DNA of 64,000 nt, from the sequence record NZ_CP143948.1, one strand, 5' to 3'. This stretch comes from a plasmid. The notes under the pieces were generated by a model, which did no database searches, was not told where the DNA came from, and worked only from the letters and a program-made list of their open reading frames with translations. Shown piece by piece: positions 18,106 to 28,244 of the stretch (position 1 is the first letter of the stretch; every line of letters begins with the position of its first letter). A program made the translations under genes and the position numbers.

Positions 18106-21100
18106 CATTGTCTTTCTTTTCTTTCATCTTTTTTCTCATATAATAAACGATTATCAATATCGCAATTATAAGTACAAATAATAATATTGCTCCAATTATA
18201 TATACTGCCTTATCATTGTTTGTTTCTACTGATTTGACATCTGACGAATTTGATTCCATAGGTACATCATCTTCGGCAATCTCTGTATCTGCTTCTGTAT
18301 CCTTACCATATATTTTTTTCACTTCATTGGTCTTTCCACCTTCGTCAACAGAACAGTCTGCACACTCTACCATAAGCCTTGAATCACCGTCTTTTGCAGA
18401 GAGCACCTCCTTAGGTACTTCAAACTCTATCTTTCCGTCATGCTTGTCCAGATAGTCAAGCATATCGTCTCCCGACATTTCCTTGATAACCTTTTTTTCT
18501 TTGTCATCCTTGCCCACTACAGTAATCTTTACACGTCCAAGCTTTCCACCATCATCCTTCGGCATCAATACTGCATTCTTTGAGCCAATATAGTTTTCAT
18601 TGTTTTTATCTACACCTGTCAATGTATATGTAGGTGCTGTCTTGTCCACAATAAATTCAATATTTACACTCTTCACATCACTGTAGGCAACTGAATCTGC
18701 TTTGTCCTTTGTCTCCACAACGATATTGTACTGACCCTCTTTTTCAAATACCGCATTTGATATCACATATTCGTACTTATGCCAGCCATCGCTTTCACTT
18801 ACATTATTCACACTGAAGTCTGTTCCCTGCTTAAGTGCTTTTCCATTTACTTTGACAGTACAGCTGGTAACTTCATCCGGATTTATCTCTCTGACTACCA
18901 CATCATGGTATACCTTCTGCACATAGTAATCCTTTACAAGCTTCATCGTATTGTCATCCAGCGAGAAGATTGAACCGCCTTTGTTTATGGAGAAATCCAT
19001 CAATTTTTCTCCCTGCCCTGCAGTCTCTGTCACCTGCTTTCCGCCTGCATCTATAATATTGACTGTTTCATAAGAATTTCCGGCCTTATCCTGTGCATGG
19101 CATGTCAGTGAATACACTCCATCCTCATTGAGATTTCTAAACTCTACACGTTGTCCGTTTGAAATTGATATCACATTTCCGGTAATCGTTTTTCTTACGA
19201 ATCTGCTATTTTCATATACCTCAACTGTAAGCACCGGTGAAAAGTATTCAAGATTAGTATCTGTGCACTCTATTACAAATGACATATTTCCTGAATTATT
19301 GTTTACTGAGCCCGGGGTTACTCCGTTGATTGTTACAACAGGCTTTGTCGTATCTATGCAGAACTCCTGCTTTGCAAGGTCTTTTGCCTTATTGCCGGCT
19401 TTGTCTGTATATGCAAGTGACCATGTATATGTGGCATCCGCATCAAAGCTTAATGTTGCCGTATGTATATCACCATTATCTGACCAGCTTCCAAATGCCG
19501 GTGCTGCTACTGATTTTCCTGCATCCTGCGCAGTCATGCTCAGTGCTATTCTGCTTGTATCAAAATTGTGCTCTGTGATTGTCACAGTTGCTGTTCTCTT
19601 GTTATTATAATAGTTTCCGTTTGATGCACTGTTGTTATCATATGCTACCGAAATAACAGGTGCTGTCGTATCAATTGTAAATTTTGTCGGTGCAAGCGAA
19701 TTTGCATAATCCACTCCTGCTGCGGCATTTCCCGCAATGTCTTTTACTCCGATTCCAAATGTGTAATCGTCATCATGTCCGTAATATATTGTGGCAACAT
19801 GTACTGTATCATCACCGTTACCGCTTCCACCTTCTGTGCTCCAGTTTGAAAGAGCAGGTGCCTTACCTGCTGCGGCTTTTATTTCCGCTGCTACCTTTGA
19901 TGCATCAAAGTTACGCTCTGTTACTTTTACGGTTGCTGTTCGCGGTGCTTTGAAGTATGCTGTGTCTCCAAATGATGTATCTGCACTGTTATTGTCATAG
20001 CTTACCTGCACTGTTGGTGCTGTTGTATCTATTTTTATGTATTTTGTTACTGTGTATGCCGTTCCTGCATTGTCTGTTGCGGTAACATCTATACGCACTT
20101 CATTACTGTTGTTTGAAGCCGCGCTTATGTCAAATTGCTCTGTTACATGATTTTCCAGATCTTTTAAGCCCGCTGCTGTCTTATCATAGCTATATAATGT
20201 TCCATCCTGTGTCGTCTGTCCCATATTTGTTACCGTATAGTTTACGCTCTTTATTCCTGATGCAACTCCTGTGGCATTCTCATCTGATACCTCTATACTT
20301 ACCGGCACATCTGCACTGTACACTCCTGATGCTGTCTCAGGTGTGATGACTGATATTGCCGGTGCGCATGTATCAACTACCAATCCATTTGTGCTGATAT
20401 ATGAAACATTACCGCTTAAATCTGTAACCCTGACATATACCACGCAGTTTTTGTTCTCGCATTCTATCGGTTCACTGAAGGTGCCATCCTCATTAAGGCT
20501 GTAAAGTGTCTTCCAGTCAGCCTCCTGAATACTGTCTACGTCAATTATTGCATCCTCTGCTGAAACGAAATACTCTGCTGACTTGATGCCGCCATGCTCA
20601 TCTCTAAGCTGTCCGGCAATATTAACCTTCTTGGCAGCAAATCTTGAAATCTCATATTTGTCTTTTGGCAGCAATAAATCCCAAACGGTATCCATGCCTG
20701 TTGAAAGTCCGTCAAACCTGATATTTCCTGTCGGCGACTGTACGTCAATTACAAACTCTGCTGATTTGTCTCCTTCTATCTCAAATCCATTATCTGAATT
20801 ACCACACAAATCTTTTGCACTGACACTCAGCTCATACTTGTGTCCTGCATTGAATACGAGCTGCTTACTGTAAACAGCTTCTGCTCCCTCGCCTGTCTTT
20901 ACCCAGTATGACTTTTCAGACCATGCATCTGACTGTGTCTGTTCATTTCCATCAACCTTTACATTGATTTTTGTTTCATCGGGGTCAAAGAAAAGCTCAT
21001 TCTCTTTTACCGAAATGGTTGCAATCCTGTTTTCCCTGTAATACTCAGTGCCTTTTACACTGCTGATGCACTGTGGATCCGGCTGCTCAGATGTACCATA

Positions 21101-23278
21101 TGTCACTGTTATTGCAGGCGCTGCCTTGTGAATATAAAATGGCTGGCTGCCGCTTGCTGTCAAATCCGCTACAGTCACGTTTCCTGCCTCATCAACAGCT
21201 TTAACATATACATCTACCTTTTTATCCAGATAAGCCTCAGCCGATACATTTATGATTCCTGATTCATCAAGCTCATTCCATGCACCTTCATCATCCGATA
21301 CTGACTGATCATCTGTCACTATCTGGTATTTTGCTGATACAACACCTGAAATGCTGTCAGCTACACTTGTTTTTATACGGACATCGTCATTGAAATATTT
21401 TCTGTTTTTGCCCGCTTCAGGCTCTATACTGACATCAGGTGACTGACTGTCCATGCTGAACTTGAAGCTGTCACCTTTAACCTCTGTCTTAAGACCGGCA
21501 TAATCAGTTGCCTTTACTGAAAGCATCAGATCAATTCCGTTAAACTGCTCTGTTGCCGGAATGGTTATCCTTCCTTCCCCGCTCTCGTCAAGCTCAACAG
21601 TCTGTCCTGATACAATTTTCCTTTTCCCATCAAATACAGTGTATTCAACACTCTTAATTCCTGATAAGCTGTCATCAGCCTTAACGATATAGCTTATATC
21701 ATCCTTATGCCAGCCTTTTTCATCGGCTGCTGTCATGGTATCCTGGGACACTGTAAGCTCCGGTGGCAGGGTATCAACAACCAGCTTCGATGTGGAGAAA
21801 AATGCTGTCTCGCCATTACAATTGTCCTGAGCCTTTACATATACGTTATATGAAGTATCCTTCAGATCAGATGTATTAATCTTGTACTTATATCGGGCTT
21901 CATATGTATCCTCAATAAGCTCTAACGGCTTCCATGCTGAATCATCAAGCGCTTTTACCTGCTCATCATTTAAAATACTGCCACTTTCATCTGATTTATT
22001 CACATAGTAGAATGCCTGCTTTATTCCGCTGATATCCTCCAGCTGTCCATATACATTTGATGCCTGCTGACTGACCATATTCTGCTCGTCTATTAAATCA
22101 GCATCATATCCAATAGTACCTGAAGGCGCTTTTCTATCCACATAAAACGGCTGCTCTATTGAGCTTGTATCATTACACTCATGCTCCGCCTGATCCTTCG
22201 CATACATTCCGATTATCTGATATTTGTGTTCCTCATCCGCTTTTGTACCAAATGTGATGCAGCTGCTATAATCAGCCCCTGTCACGATCCACTCACTATA
22301 CTCTATTCCTGCATCAATCAGCTTCTGGGCATTATCGACATCAAATACATCGAATTCTTCCCGGTCATCAACCTTTACCCAAAGCTGTGTGGAACCATCA
22401 TCCAAAGAGACATCGTGGATATTCATGTCTACTTTTCTGACATTTCCATAATAATCCACAGCATCCTTTGTGAAAGCAGGTTTATCATCCTCCTTTGGAT
22501 TCAATGTTATCTTTGGAGGCTGTGTATCATATTTGTAGTCGAGCCGCAGACTTCCAATATCTGTGATAGCTCCGCTTTCCTTGTCCTTACGTGCTATTAC
22601 AAGAGTCTGTCTGTTATCACCCTGCTGTGGCATAAGCTGATATTTATCAGCTTCAATCCATTCATCACCTTTTCTAACCACATATACCGCCTGATTGTCA
22701 CTTGCCAGCGATAATGTAGGTGCTTCTACATAAAACTGTGTACCCTGCAGCATTGTCCCTGTCAGGCTGTTATTCATACTGCTGTAATCATATTCTTTGA
22801 TGGTAACAGTATATTCTGCCTCTGCTGACTTATATTTGTCATCTTCTGCTTTTGTCACCTTTATCCTTACAGTTCCGGTATCCTTTGCTGTCCATATACC
22901 GTTTGATGCAAAGTCTGTATCCTTTTCAATCAGATTTTTGCCTTCTACAACAGTGTATTTTAAATTGTCAACGGCTGCATCCGCCCTGTCGGATTTTACC
23001 ACCGGAACAACTTTGTTCCCCACATAAATATCATCCGCCGGTGTATACTCTACCGTCAGCTGCTGTGGCTGTTTTTCCTCGGTGGCATTATTATCCGAAT
23101 CCTGTTCATCTGGAATTTTACTGTCAGATATATCATCCGAAGCTGCGTCGTTAGATATATCATACTCTGAAGAGGGTGTATCAGCACTTACCTGTGTTGC
23201 CGGAAGCGATGTCGCACCCATTACAGAAGCTAGCATGATTGCTAGTAACCTGTTAAGTTTTTTATTAAACACTCTCAT
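18095..23278 (-). CDS. giant type-I membrane surface protein with repeated Ig-like (Big-type) domains
   Basis: Signal peptide (…ATQVSA↓D). About 1650-aa ectodomain with recurring motifs …DTTAPT… and …T(E/I)…NFD… C-terminal TM plus a KKMKEKK stop-transfer. No LPXTG. Confidence 0.7.
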   Translation of the reverse strand: MRVFNKKLNRLLAIMLASVMGATSLPATQVSADTPSSEYDISNDAASDDISDSKIPDEQDSDNNATEEKQPQQLTVEYTPADDIYVGNKVVPVVKSDRADAAVDNLKYTVVEGKNLIEKDTDFASNGIWTAKDTGTVRIKVTKAEDDKYKSAEAEYTVTIKEYDYSSMNNSLTGTMLQGTQFYVEAPTLSLASDNQAVYVVRKGDEWIEADKYQLMPQQGDNRQTLVIARKDKESGAITDIGSLRLDYKYDTQPPKITLNPKEDDKPAFTKDAVDYYGNVRKVDMNIHDVSLDDGSTQLWVKVDDREEFDVFDVDNAQKLIDAGIEYSEWIVTGADYSSCITFGTKADEEHKYQIIGMYAKDQAEHECNDTSSIEQPFYVDRKAPSGTIGYDADLIDEQNMVSQQASNVYGQLEDISGIKQAFYYVNKSDESGSILNDEQVKALDDSAWKPLELIEDTYEARYKYKINTSDLKDTSYNVYVKAQDNCNGETAFFSTSKLVVDTLPPELTVSQDTMTAADEKGWHKDDISYIVKADDSLSGIKSVEYTVFDGKRKIVSGQTVELDESGEGRITIPATEQFNGIDLMLSVKATDYAGLKTEVKGDSFKFSMDSQSPDVSIEPEAGKNRKYFNDDVRIKTSVADSISGVVSAKYQIVTDDQSVSDDEGAWNELDESGIINVSAEAYLDKKVDVYVKAVDEAGNVTVADLTASGSQPFYIHKAAPAITVTYGTSEQPDPQCISSVKGTEYYRENRIATISVKENELFFDPDETKINVKVDGNEQTQSDAWSEKSYWVKTGEGAEAVYSKQLVFNAGHKYELSVSAKDLCGNSDNGFEIEGDKSAEFVIDVQSPTGNIRFDGLSTGMDTVWDLLLPKDKYEISRFAAKKVNIAGQLRDEHGGIKSAEYFVSAEDAIIDVDSIQEADWKTLYSLNEDGTFSEPIECENKNCVVYVRVTDLSGNVSYISTNGLVVDTCAPAISVITPETASGVYSADVPVSIEVSDENATGVASGIKSVNYTVTNMGQTTQDGTLYSYDKTAAGLKDLENHVTEQFDISAASNNSNEVRIDVTATDNAGTAYTVTKYIKIDTTAPTVQVSYDNNSADTSFGDTAYFKAPRTATVKVTERNFDASKVAAEIKAAAGKAPALSNWSTEGGSGNGDDTVHVATIYYGHDDDYTFGIGVKDIAGNAAAGVDYANSLAPTKFTIDTTAPVISVAYDNNSASNGNYYNNKRTATVTITEHNFDTSRIALSMTAQDAGKSVAAPAFGSWSDNGDIHTATLSFDADATYTWSLAYTDKAGNKAKDLAKQEFCIDTTKPVVTINGVTPGSVNNNSGNMSFVIECTDTNLEYFSPVLTVEVYENSRFVRKTITGNVISISNGQRVEFRNLNEDGVYSLTCHAQDKAGNSYETVNIIDAGGKQVTETAGQGEKLMDFSINKGGSIFSLDDNTMKLVKDYYVQKVYHDVVVREINPDEVTSCTVKVNGKALKQGTDFSVNNVSESDGWHKYEYVISNAVFEKEGQYNIVVETKDKADSVAYSDVKSVNIEFIVDKTAPTYTLTGVDKNNENYIGSKNAVLMPKDDGGKLGRVKITVVGKDDKEKKVIKEMSGDDMLDYLDKHDGKIEFEVPKEVLSAKDGDSRLMVECADCSVDEGGKTNEVKKIYGKDTEADTEIAEDDVPMESNSSDVKSVETNNDKAVYIIGAILLFVLIIAILIIVYYMRKKMKEKKDNDEQ

Positions 23279-23479
23279 ATCTCCTTTTCTATAGTATTTT
23301 TTGTAACTATTCCGTTACGATTTTATTTATATTCCCACTCTTCATTCCATTATACAAAACAATGGTCACACAACGGTCACACGGAGACAACTTTGTGAAA
23401 ACTGCATAATAAAAGCGCCGAAAATTACATATTTTTTAGACAATTTTCGACGCTTTTTCGGATTATTTTTTTATAACTA

Positions 23480-24673
23480 TTATTTATTATATTTCTTGTA
23501 TATCTTTTCAAACGCAGGCATAGAGTGCTTTATCATTTCCCTGTCCACACAGTATGATATTCTCACCCAGCCCGGACAGCCGAAGCCGTCTGCTGCTACT
23601 ATGAGCACATCCTCCTCCTTTGCCTTCTCGCAGAATGCATTGCTGTCATCCTCGAGTGCCTTTACAAACATATAAAAGGCTCCGTCCGGCTTGAAGCAGT
23701 GATAGCCTATCCTTGTGAGTCCCTCGTACAGAAGGTCTCTGTTTTCTTTGTAGGCATTGATATCACCGGTTGCCCCCTGGCATTTTACTATCATCTTCTG
23801 GAACAGGCTTGGTGCACACACGTAGCCGAGTGCTCTTCCCGCACCACAGACTGCTGCATACAGCTCAGCCTTATCGTACACCTCATCAGGCACGAGGACG
23901 TATCCTATTCTCTCTCCCGGCAGCGAAAGTGACTTGCTGTATGAGTAGCATACCAGTGTGTTGTCGTAATATTTGGTCACAAACGGTACCTTGATTCCAT
24001 CGTAAACTATCTCCCTGTACGGCTCATCTGCGATAATGAATATCGGTCTTCCTATCTCCTTAGACTTTTTCTCAAGGAGGTCTGAGAGCTTTTTGATGGT
24101 CTCCTCAGAATAGACTGTGCCGGATGGGTTGTTTGGTGAATTGATTATGACACCTCTGGTGTGCGCATTGATTCTCTCCTCAAGAGCCTCAAAATCTATC
24201 TGAAAATGCTCTGTGTCTGCAGGCACCTCTACAAGCCTTGCTCCTGCTGCATTCACAAATACCTTGTACTCCGGGAAATATGGCGCTATGGTAATAAACT
24301 CATCATATGCGTCGCTTGTCAACGCACGAAAGCAGATTGACAGCGATGCAGCTGCTCCCATTGTCATGTAAAGGTTTTCCGCATTAAAATGTGTGCCGTG
24401 TGTGTTGTTCAAAAACTCAGCTATCGCCGCTCTCGTTTCCACGTCTCCCTGTGCTGAGGTATAGCCGTGTAGCGCAACAGAATCATAATCTGTCACAAGC
24501 TCCTTTATTGTGTCGTTTACAATCTGCGGAGCCGGTATGCTCGGGTTTCCTATTGAGAAATCATATACATTTTCCTTACCTACAATTGCTGCTCTTTTTT
24601 TACCATACTCGAAAAGCTCCCTTATTGCTGAGCGCACGCTTCCGAGCTGGTACATGCTTTCGTTTACTACCAT
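23480..24673 (-). CDS. PLP-dependent class I/II aminotransferase
   Basis: Motifs …SYSKSLSLPGERIGY… (Schiff-base Lys) and …NNPSGTV…. Confidence 0.8.
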   Translation of the reverse strand: MVVNESMYQLGSVRSAIRELFEYGKKRAAIVGKENVYDFSIGNPSIPAPQIVNDTIKELVTDYDSVALHGYTSAQGDVETRAAIAEFLNNTHGTHFNAENLYMTMGAAASLSICFRALTSDAYDEFITIAPYFPEYKVFVNAAGARLVEVPADTEHFQIDFEALEERINAHTRGVIINSPNNPSGTVYSEETIKKLSDLLEKKSKEIGRPIFIIADEPYREIVYDGIKVPFVTKYYDNTLVCYSYSKSLSLPGERIGYVLVPDEVYDKAELYAAVCGAGRALGYVCAPSLFQKMIVKCQGATGDINAYKENRDLLYEGLTRIGYHCFKPDGAFYMFVKALEDDSNAFCEKAKEEDVLIVAADGFGCPGWVRISYCVDREMIKHSMPAFEKIYKKYNK

Positions 24674-24766
24674 TTTCTTGTCTCCTTATCTCTGATGTTC
24701 TTGCATGTTTACTATTATAATATGATATGAGGGTCAAAAGGTATTTTGCCCCTCATTTATGACCGT

Positions 24767-27568
24767 TTATCCTGATATGAATGCCTCCATCCCGGCACGC
24801 TTCGTCATCTCAATATGCTCCTTAAGCTCGCGGGCTGACATTCGCAGTGCCCCCAGGCTCATGACCGTTTGCTGCTCCAGTCCGTCCGAGGTTGCCACTG
24901 TTACCTTGTACCTGTCACGTATGCCAAACACAGTCTTTTCGATAAATGCATCGGCTGTCTCGTCCTGCTTTGTATACACGACCTCTATGTTGTGGAAGGT
25001 CTCTCTCTTTCCGGCATTGCCCTTCACCTTGTACGCATCAAACACCAGCAGCAAATGACAGCCCTTATAGCCCTGGTAATCCGATAAAACATCCTTCAGC
25101 GCATCTCTCGCCGAATCGATGTTTATGCGTGAAAGCTCCTTTAAATCCTCCCATGCAAATATTATATTATATCCGTCAACTATCAGGTACTCTTCCCCCG
25201 GGGACTTCTTCGGATAAATCGGATTGCCGTGCTTATCATGCTTTACGGTGCGCGGTTTACCACTTAGGCCTTCATACTCATTTTTCTTTTTACCTGACCA
25301 TTTGCGCCTCTGATCCTCTGCGATATCGTTTTTGCCCATGCCAAACTCCCTGGCATAAACATCTGCAAGCTGCGCATCAAGCTCCACCGATGACATACCT
25401 GAAACAGCTTTCTCAAAGCTCGTCCTGCGGCGGTTTCCGGCAAGCGCCTGCGCATCCTCCGCTGAAAATGCATTCTGCGTGCGGGCACTCGCTGCAAGTG
25501 CTTCCTCAGACTCATCTCCGTGGTATACATACGGCAGGTGCATATGCTCCGGGACCTCATCCCACGGCACCACGTAGCCTGAGCCGTGCGCACAAAATAC
25601 CGAGCCTGTCGGATTGCGGAAATCCTCCTCGCTGTCATAGTGCATCTGAGAAATCACCTCCGCAGGATTGTGACACTCATCATACCCCCACAGCTCCAGT
25701 GTCAGGTGCCCGAGCCCCTTTGTATACGCATGCACCAGACTCACATAATCCTGCATTGTCGCAACCGGTGCCTTTCCTGTAATTGTTGCCATCTCCCTCG
25801 CAGCGGTTGTGGCAAACTGCGGGCTCTCGGCTCTTGCAAATCTCTGCTCCAGATCTGTCATTGCACGGCCGACATACTCCATCGGCACCTGTAGGATAAA
25901 GCTGTAGTATGGCTCAAGCAGCACACTCTCTGTGGATTTAAGTCCCTGGCGGATTGCTCTGTATGTAGCCTGACGGAAATCGCCTCCCTCCGTGTGCTTT
26001 ACATGTGCTCTTCCTGTAAGAATAGTGACCTTCACATCGGTAAGCGCTGAGCCTGTGAGCACACCCCTGTGCTCCTTTTCCTCAACGTGTGTGGCTATGA
26101 GGCGCTGCCAGTTTTTGTCAAGCACATCCTCACTGCAGGTGGATGTGACTGTGATTCCGCTGCCACGCTCCGCCGGCGACAAAAGCAGATGCACCTCTGC
26201 ATAGTGGCGCAACGGCTCAAAGTGTCCTACTCCCTCGACAGCCCTCGCTATCGTTTCCTTATATACAATGCTGCCCGGTCCGAAAGTGACAACAACACCA
26301 AACCTGTCCTTTATGAGACGCACAAGCACCTCCATCTGCACCTGTCCCATGAGCTGCACATGGATTTCCTTAAACTCCTCCACCCACACTATGTAAAGCT
26401 GTGGGTCTTCCTCCTCAAGCTGCTTTAGCTTTTCCATAAATGCCGCCGGATTTACATCATCCGGCAGAATCATCCTATAGTTTAGTACCGGTTCAAGGAT
26501 TGGCATATTGGACTGCTGCTCAAACCCGAGCCCCTGCCCAGGAAATGTCGAGCTAAGACCTGTGACAGCAACTATCTCACCCGTCTCTGCCACATCAGCT
26601 ATCTCATATTTTTCGCCGGAATACTTTCTTATCTGATCAATTTTCTCAATCAGAAAGCCTTTCGCCTCGTCACCGCCATGCGCTTTGTACTCTATTTTGT
26701 CCCTGACCCTAAGACATCCTCCGGTAACCTTTAAAAATGTCAGCCTGCTGCCTCTGTCATCCCTGCCTATCTTGTATACGCGGGCAGAAAATTCGTCAGG
26801 GTAATTTCTTTCACACATAAACCTCGAAAGTCCCTGAATCAGCGTATCCACTCTGTCGAGCTTAAGTGCCGAGCCGTAAAAGCAGGGGAACACCTCCCTT
26901 TGAGCCACCGCCTGCGCAATATGTGCATCCGCAAGCTCTCCCGATTCCATAAATTCATCTAAAAGAGGCTCGCTGCACATGGCAAGCTCCTCAAATAAAT
27001 CCTGTGAAGAAAAATCCACGCAGCCATCACTCAGCTCGCTCTTTAGCTCTGCCTGCACTTTCTCCTCATCCGTGCCCTGCATATCCATCTTGTTTACAAA
27101 AATAAATGTCGGCACGTTATAGTGCTTTAAAAGTCTCCACAGTGTGCGCGTGTGCCCCTGCACTCCATCAGTTGCGCTGATTACAAGTATTGCATAGTCG
27201 AGCACCTGAAGGGTGCGCTCCATCTCTGCCGAAAAATCCACATGCCCCGGTGTATCAAGCATGACTACATGCCATGTACGAGCTGTATCTGCCGTACATG
27301 CTACATCTGCTGTATGTGCTGTATCTGCTGTATCTGCCGCATTTGTGTCACGCGAAATATCAAGCCTTGCCTGCTTTGAAAAAATGGTTATTCCACGCTC
27401 ACGCTCCTGCGCATCGTTGTCCAGATACGCGTCCTGATGGTCCACGCGCCCGAGTGAACGAATCTTCCCGGTGCTGTAAAGCATGGCCTCAGACAGGGTT
27501 GTCTTTCCCGCATCTACATGTGCGAGAATGCCTATTGTAATGTGATTGTTTGTCATTTTCTGCTCCAT
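24767..27568 (-). CDS. translational GTPase (TetM/EF-G-like) fused to a C-terminal Rae1/YacP-type NYN ribonuclease domain
   Basis: N-terminus AHVDAGKTTL, DTPGH, NKMD and EF-G-like domains II-V. The last 142 aa align motif-for-motif with B. subtilis YacP/Rae1 (LIVDGYNIIFAW / LLLVFDAYKVKG / TADAFIE / TVATSD…GALRMSAREL). Confidence 0.8.
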   Translation of the reverse strand: MEQKMTNNHITIGILAHVDAGKTTLSEAMLYSTGKIRSLGRVDHQDAYLDNDAQERERGITIFSKQARLDISRDTNAADTADTAHTADVACTADTARTWHVVMLDTPGHVDFSAEMERTLQVLDYAILVISATDGVQGHTRTLWRLLKHYNVPTFIFVNKMDMQGTDEEKVQAELKSELSDGCVDFSSQDLFEELAMCSEPLLDEFMESGELADAHIAQAVAQREVFPCFYGSALKLDRVDTLIQGLSRFMCERNYPDEFSARVYKIGRDDRGSRLTFLKVTGGCLRVRDKIEYKAHGGDEAKGFLIEKIDQIRKYSGEKYEIADVAETGEIVAVTGLSSTFPGQGLGFEQQSNMPILEPVLNYRMILPDDVNPAAFMEKLKQLEEEDPQLYIVWVEEFKEIHVQLMGQVQMEVLVRLIKDRFGVVVTFGPGSIVYKETIARAVEGVGHFEPLRHYAEVHLLLSPAERGSGITVTSTCSEDVLDKNWQRLIATHVEEKEHRGVLTGSALTDVKVTILTGRAHVKHTEGGDFRQATYRAIRQGLKSTESVLLEPYYSFILQVPMEYVGRAMTDLEQRFARAESPQFATTAAREMATITGKAPVATMQDYVSLVHAYTKGLGHLTLELWGYDECHNPAEVISQMHYDSEEDFRNPTGSVFCAHGSGYVVPWDEVPEHMHLPYVYHGDESEEALAASARTQNAFSAEDAQALAGNRRRTSFEKAVSGMSSVELDAQLADVYAREFGMGKNDIAEDQRRKWSGKKKNEYEGLSGKPRTVKHDKHGNPIYPKKSPGEEYLIVDGYNIIFAWEDLKELSRINIDSARDALKDVLSDYQGYKGCHLLLVFDAYKVKGNAGKRETFHNIEVVYTKQDETADAFIEKTVFGIRDRYKVTVATSDGLEQQTVMSLGALRMSARELKEHIEMTKRAGMEAFISG

Positions 27569-27688
27569 TTATGCCTCAATCCAAGAACAGAGACACCTGT
27601 GGATGTCTCTGTGTCAGCCTTTATATCATAATCCGTTGATTTCCTAAATTATAGCATTTTGTGGTTGGTCTGTCATCTTTTTTCTTGA

Positions 27689-27717
27689 TTGACAAATAAT
27701 TATTTCGTACTTATAAT
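27689..27717 (+). promoter_or_regulatory. consensus sigma-A promoter TTGACA-17-TATAAT for brnTA (apparently leaderless)
   Basis: TTGACA at 27689-27694 and TATAAT at 27712-27717. The ATG lies at 27724. Confidence 0.5.
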
Positions 27718-27723
27718 GTAATT

Positions 27724-28011
27724 ATGGAGAATATAATTTTTGAATGGGATGAAAATAAAAATACAATTAATAAACGAAAACACAAAATTTCATTTGAAGA
27801 GGCAAAAAGTGTTTTCTACGATGAAAATGCTTTAGTTTTGGATGATCCAGACCACTCATTGACTGAGGACCGCTTTATTATTTTAGGTTTAAGTAATAAT
27901 GCTAATCTATTGGTCGTTTGTCATTGTTATCGCAACTCTGACTCTAATATAAGGATAATCTCTGCAAGAAAAGCCACTACAAATGAGCGTAAACAGTATT
28001 TTGATTTTTAG
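27724..28011 (+). CDS. brnT: BrnT (DUF497) type II toxin
   Basis: …FEWDENKN…ISFEEA…RIISARKAT..ER..Y matches the BrnT signature. Confidence 0.75.
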   Translation: MENIIFEWDENKNTINKRKHKISFEEAKSVFYDENALVLDDPDHSLTEDRFIILGLSNNANLLVVCHCYRNSDSNIRIISARKATTNERKQYFDF

Positions 28012-28022
28012 GAGGATCAATC

Positions 28023-28232
28023 ATGAGAGATGAATACGACTTTTCCAACGCAAAACGCAATCCTTACGCAAAAAAACTAAAAAAACAAATTACAATTAAT
28101 ATTGATGAAAATACAATAGATTATTTTAAAGTGCAAGCTGAAAATTCGGGAATTCCTTACCAGACACTTATTAATTTATATCTATCAGATTGTGTCACAC
28201 AAAAAAGAGAACTCCAGCTTTCATGGAAATAA
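28023..28232 (+). CDS. brnA: BrnA antitoxin
   Basis: 69 aa, 11 nt downstream of brnT. Motif …DEYDFSNAKRNPYAKKLKKQITINIDE…. Confidence 0.65.
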   Translation: MRDEYDFSNAKRNPYAKKLKKQITINIDENTIDYFKVQAENSGIPYQTLINLYLSDCVTQKRELQLSWK

Positions 28233-28244
28233 TGCGAGGATAAT

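Noticed and set aside
23351-23385. Direct repeat GGTCACACAACGGTCACACGG upstream of the surface-protein gene
   Set aside because: It could be a regulator site, but it is a single short occurrence with no second copy elsewhere in the window, so it is not reported as a feature.
24946-25782. 278-aa plus-strand ORF (Pro/His/Ser-rich) inside the GTPase-NYN gene
   Set aside because: It is an antisense shadow of a strongly supported CDS, with no RBS and a biased composition.
27283-27349. Periodic short repeats (9-nt here, 15-nt at 14384-14480) considered as a possible CRISPR array
   Set aside because: The units are far too short, have no spacers, and are in-frame inside genes. They are coding tandem repeats. 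No CRISPR array is present in the window.
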